From contig CAWJKZ010000024.1 in assembly GCA_963843575.1 (NCBI GenBank), positions 320,001 through 384,000 of the forward strand: a DNA stretch of 64,000 bases. The letters run 5' to 3'. The notes below the pieces were generated by a model. That model was not told where the DNA came from. It searched no databases and was given only the letters and a program-made list of their open reading frames with translations. The position numbers were made by a program, and so were the translations under genes. Positions 60,952 through 64,000 of the stretch are shown here, one piece after another. Numbering within the stretch: position 1 is the first letter of the stretch; the number at the start of each line of letters is the position of its first letter. Origin of the DNA: an uncultured Acidobacteriota bacterium (GTDB lineage: Bacteria; Acidobacteriota; UBA6911).

Positions 60952-61484
60952 CGCGCCTCCTGGCGGAACGGATTATCGGTCATGGTGGCCCTGATGGTCA
61001 CGAACGGGTTGGTCATGTCGTCGGGTACGTCGGGCGGCATCAGGACTTGCGGCGCCTTTGTTCGCCTCTCCTCCCGCAGCTGCCTGTGCTGGAGATAGTC
61101 GGTCATGTACAGTTCGAGGCCGCGCTGATCGGCCTGGTGTTGCCTGTAGCCCCAGATGCCGACCGCGAGCACCACGGCCGCCGCCAGGGCGGTCACGGCT
61201 GCGAGCCTGCGATATCCCAGAAAAAGCTGCATCCAACCGGGCCTTGCAGCGGGGGATTCGAGGGAGATCCGGGCGCGCACGTGCCCCCAGACCTCCTTGC
61301 GGAGCTCGAGCTCGCGGACCCCCGATTCGAAAACCGCGGCGGATTCCTCGAGGCTGCGGAGCTCCTCCGTGCAGGGTTTGCACCCCTGGACGTGCGCCTG
61401 GATTTGCGAGGCGGCGGATGGAGGGAGCTCGCCGTCCAGGTAAGCGGTCATCTCCTCTTGGCAAAGTCGACAATCCATATTCAC
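60948..61484 (-). CDS. zf-HC2 (ZAS) membrane anti-sigma factor
   Basis: YLDGEL...HVQGCKPC (HxxxCxxC) and one TM. Confidence 0.85.
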   Translation of the reverse strand: MNMDCRLCQEEMTAYLDGELPPSAASQIQAHVQGCKPCTEELRSLEESAAVFESGVRELELRKEVWGHVRARISLESPAARPGWMQLFLGYRRLAAVTALAAAVVLAVGIWGYRQHQADQRGLELYMTDYLQHRQLREERRTKAPQVLMPPDVPDDMTNPFVTIRATMTDNPFRQEAR

Positions 61485-62086
61485 ACCTTCAGATAATCTT
61501 TCACCCTTTTCCGCACCTCGAGCCTGGCCCGGTGAATGTCTGTTTTCACGCTGGGCAGGCTCCGGCCGACGATGTCCGAGATCTCCTGGTAGCTGAGGCG
61601 TTGGATGGCAGACAGGACAAAAACCTCACGGTACTTTTCCGGCAGATCCGCTATCACTTCATGCACGACACCCTCCAGTTCCCCCGCCTGGAAGGACTCG
61701 TCCGGGTTCTTTCTGACATCCGCGAGGTGCGTTACAGGCTGCCCCTCGTCGTCGAGCTCGTCGATCGACACCGTGGCCGGAGACCGGCTGCGGTAACGCT
61801 GGTACACGAAGTTGCGCGCGATGCGGAACAGCCAAGGTTCGAATTTCGTATCGTCTTTCAGCGCTCCCAACTTCTGGTAAACCGTTACGAACGTCTCCTG
61901 CGTTAGGTCCTCAGCTTCCTCGACCGAACTGACCATGCGATAGACGAAGTTGAGGACTTTGCGGGCAAATACTCCATAGATCTGCTGGTAGGCCCCGATG
62001 TCCCCTTTCTTGGCCTGCCTGATCCACCGGATCAGGGCGTCGGGGTCAATGGAGACGCTACCAGGGTTCGAGTTTTTTGTCGTCAA
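61481..62086 (-). CDS. ECF RNA polymerase sigma factor
   Basis: AEDLTQETF, FEPWLFRIARN, LSYQEIS..VKTDIHRAR. TTG start uncertain. Confidence 0.9.
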   Translation of the reverse strand: MTTKNSNPGSVSIDPDALIRWIRQAKKGDIGAYQQIYGVFARKVLNFVYRMVSSVEEAEDLTQETFVTVYQKLGALKDDTKFEPWLFRIARNFVYQRYRSRSPATVSIDELDDEGQPVTHLADVRKNPDESFQAGELEGVVHEVIADLPEKYREVFVLSAIQRLSYQEISDIVGRSLPSVKTDIHRARLEVRKRVKDYLKV

Positions 62087-62172
62087 ACTGAACTCACTAG
62101 GCTTGATTCCCGGCGATACGGAAAGTTTCGCAATGGTTCAAAAAATCTTCGGGCCCGGAGGACGACTCCATT

Positions 62173-62517
62173 TTACCGGGAACCGGCCGGTTCGGAAGGG
62201 AGATCTTCCGCGATGACCGCGGTGCCGTAGGCCATGATCTCGGCCGTTCCCTGCGTCACGTAGGTCGTCGAGAACCTCAGGCCCACTACCGCGTTGGCGC
62301 CCAGGTTACGGGCCTCCGCCACCATCCGGTCCAGCGCCTGCTCGCGGGACTGGGCGATGACTTCGGTGTATTCGGCCACCTCCCCGCCGACCAGGTTCTT
62401 GAGAAAAGCCATGAGGTCCTCGCCCACGTGGCAGGCACGCACCGTGTTGCCCTTGACGATCCCGAGGGTGCGGGTGATGCGGCGGTCGGCTATGGTTTCG
62501 GTGCTCACCACGATCAT
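62173..62517 (-). CDS. YbjQ/UPF0145 family protein
   Basis: LGIVKGNTV, LKNLVGGE, REQALDRM..A..LGANAVVG, AYGTAV. Confidence 0.9.
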   Translation of the reverse strand: MIVVSTETIADRRITRTLGIVKGNTVRACHVGEDLMAFLKNLVGGEVAEYTEVIAQSREQALDRMVAEARNLGANAVVGLRFSTTYVTQGTAEIMAYGTAVIAEDLPSEPAGSR

Positions 62518-62957
62518 CGCTTGATCCTTTCGTATTTGTCGGCTTTCGCCAGAAAAATCCTCTCCCGCAGCACGGAGACCAGCAGCGTGCAGAGCCCGAC
62601 CACCAGGGCCAGCACACCGATCCGCACCACGAGCGGGATCTGGGTCTCGAAAAGCTCGAGAATCAGCGCGTACACCGCATAGGAGGCCAGGAGAATGGAT
62701 CCCAGGGACATCAGGATCCAGCCGACGCGGCGTTCGAGCCGGTTATAAATGTTCGACCAGTATACATCCCAGTATTTCTCGTCCGGCGCGACGACTCTCA
62801 TATTCTGCGTGACCTCCTTGAGCCTCCGGAACTGCGCCAGTTCGGCCGAACAGTCGGCGCAATCCTTCAAGTGCTGTTCGAAACGCTCGGCTTCGGTCTC
62901 GGTCAGCTCCGCGTCGAGGTAACCCATCAGCAGGGTCTTGTATGTGTCTTCGACCAT
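62514..62957 (-). CDS. zf-HC2 anti-sigma factor with two TMs
   Basis: GYLDAEL...HLKDCADC and two hydrophobic helices. Confidence 0.85.
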   Translation of the reverse strand: MVEDTYKTLLMGYLDAELTETEAERFEQHLKDCADCSAELAQFRRLKEVTQNMRVVAPDEKYWDVYWSNIYNRLERRVGWILMSLGSILLASYAVYALILELFETQIPLVVRIGVLALVVGLCTLLVSVLRERIFLAKADKYERIKR

Positions 62958-62961
62958 TGCG

Positions 62962-63537
62962 CTAGTACTTTACCCCCATCCGTTGCAGTTCCCGCCGGAG
63001 CGCGCCCCGGGCACCGTAGAGGCGGGACATCACCGTCCCGATCGGGATGCCCAGGAGATCGGCGATCTGCTGGTAGCTGTAGTCTTGGAAATGCTGCAGG
63101 ATGATGATCTCGCGCTCTTTCGGCTTGAGACGCAGCAGGGCCTGGCCGATCTTCTCCTCCAGGTCCTTGCGCACGATGCTGTCTTCCGGGCTGATCGATT
63201 CGATCGGGATGGCTGGCTGGCCCTCCTCGGCCATCTCGTCGATGGAATCCTCTCGGCGCCGGCGAATCCGGTTGAGATGGTTCATGCATAGGTTCTTCAG
63301 GATGCTGTAGAACCAGGGGAAGAAGCGCTTGGATGAATCGAACCTCTTGATGTGCCGGAAGGCGTTGACGAACGCGTCCTGCGAGAGGTCGAGCGCGTCC
63401 TCCGGCCTCCCGACGTAACCGAGCGCGACATAGTAGGCCGGCCGCATGTATTGCTGCACGATCAGGGCGAAGGCCTCGCGGTCCCCCTTTTTGCAGCGCT
63501 CAATAATCGAACCTTCGTCTTGCTGGCTCTGGTTCAT
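62962..63537 (-). CDS. ECF RNA polymerase sigma factor
   Basis: ALDLSQDAF, FFPWFYSI, SYQQIA..GTVMSRL. Confidence 0.9.
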   Translation of the reverse strand: MNQSQQDEGSIIERCKKGDREAFALIVQQYMRPAYYVALGYVGRPEDALDLSQDAFVNAFRHIKRFDSSKRFFPWFYSILKNLCMNHLNRIRRRREDSIDEMAEEGQPAIPIESISPEDSIVRKDLEEKIGQALLRLKPKEREIIILQHFQDYSYQQIADLLGIPIGTVMSRLYGARGALRRELQRMGVKY

Positions 63538-63603
63538 CGTCGATGCCGCTATACCGAAGTTGTGCCGGGTTTATTCGTCGAAGTCTAGCAGAATTTAAAT
63601 TTT

Positions 63604-63630
63604 GGAACACGACCGGTTGCGCCCCGTGTA
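63604..63630 (+). promoter_or_regulatory. Putative ECF-type promoter of the PDZ gene
   Basis: GGAAC-N16-CGTGTA about 45 bp upstream of the ATG. Confidence 0.4.
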
Positions 63631-63674
63631 ATCCCGTGTATGGCGTGAAGGAGAGCATACATTTCGGAGGGCAT

Positions 63675-64000
63675 ATGAGAGTGCATCTGTCGTTTCCACG
63701 CTCGGGGCTGGCGTTGGCCGGAGCGGCCCTGATGAGCCTCGGACTGGCCGGCCTGGTGCAGGCCCAATCGACCCGGCCGGGGATCGTCCAGTTCAGCACC
63801 GGCGAGTCTTCCTACCTGGGTATCCAGATGGAAGACGTCACCCCCGCCAGCATGGCGACCTACAAGCTCGGCAGCGAGCGGGGAGTCATCGTGGTCTCCG
63901 TCGAAAAGGGAAGCCCGGCCGAATCGGCCGGGCTGCAGGCGAAAGACGTCGTCCTGGAGTATGCGGGGACGCCTGTCTTCTCGTCGATGCAGATGACGCG
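63675..64000 (+). CDS. Secreted PDZ-domain protein (runs off the window edge)
   Basis: Manual translation: signal peptide, YLGIQM, VVSVEKGSPAESAGLQAKDVV. RBS GGAGG upstream. Confidence 0.8.
   Translation, partial: MRVHLSFPRSGLALAGAALMSLGLAGLVQAQSTRPGIVQFSTGESSYLGIQMEDVTPASMATYKLGSERGVIVVSVEKGSPAESAGLQAKDVVLEYAGTPVFSSMQMT

Overview
GC-rich bacterial chromosomal segment, most likely Acidobacteriota (16S 5' GAATCAACGCT variant, ADOP-type permease). It carries housekeeping genes (cinA-pgpA-yacG-rimO, moxR-DUF58-transglutaminase, ruvAB, rex, purFMN-tyrS) and an lsrF-epimerase-aldolase/SDR operon. It also has an ApbE-DoxX-Tat oxidoreductase module and two complete, sequence-divergent rRNA operons in direct tandem (only the first has tRNA-Ile/Ala). 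Further on are a Tat glycoside hydrolase, a heavily frameshifted orphan catabolic cluster with a non-pyrrolysine MttB homolog, cimA behind an unannotated Ile-rich leader-peptide attenuator, a split acyl-CoA mutase with isobutyryl-CoA-mutase signature residues, and two ECF sigma/anti-sigma pairs. The intergenic DNA holds at least five families of small non-autonomous elements: two REP-like hairpin families and three MITE-like families. One MITE sits in a REP loop with a TTCA duplication, and two others abut at a shared TAA. No transposase or CRISPR array is seen. All alignments and counts were made by eye, and family assignments come from recognised motifs, not database searches.
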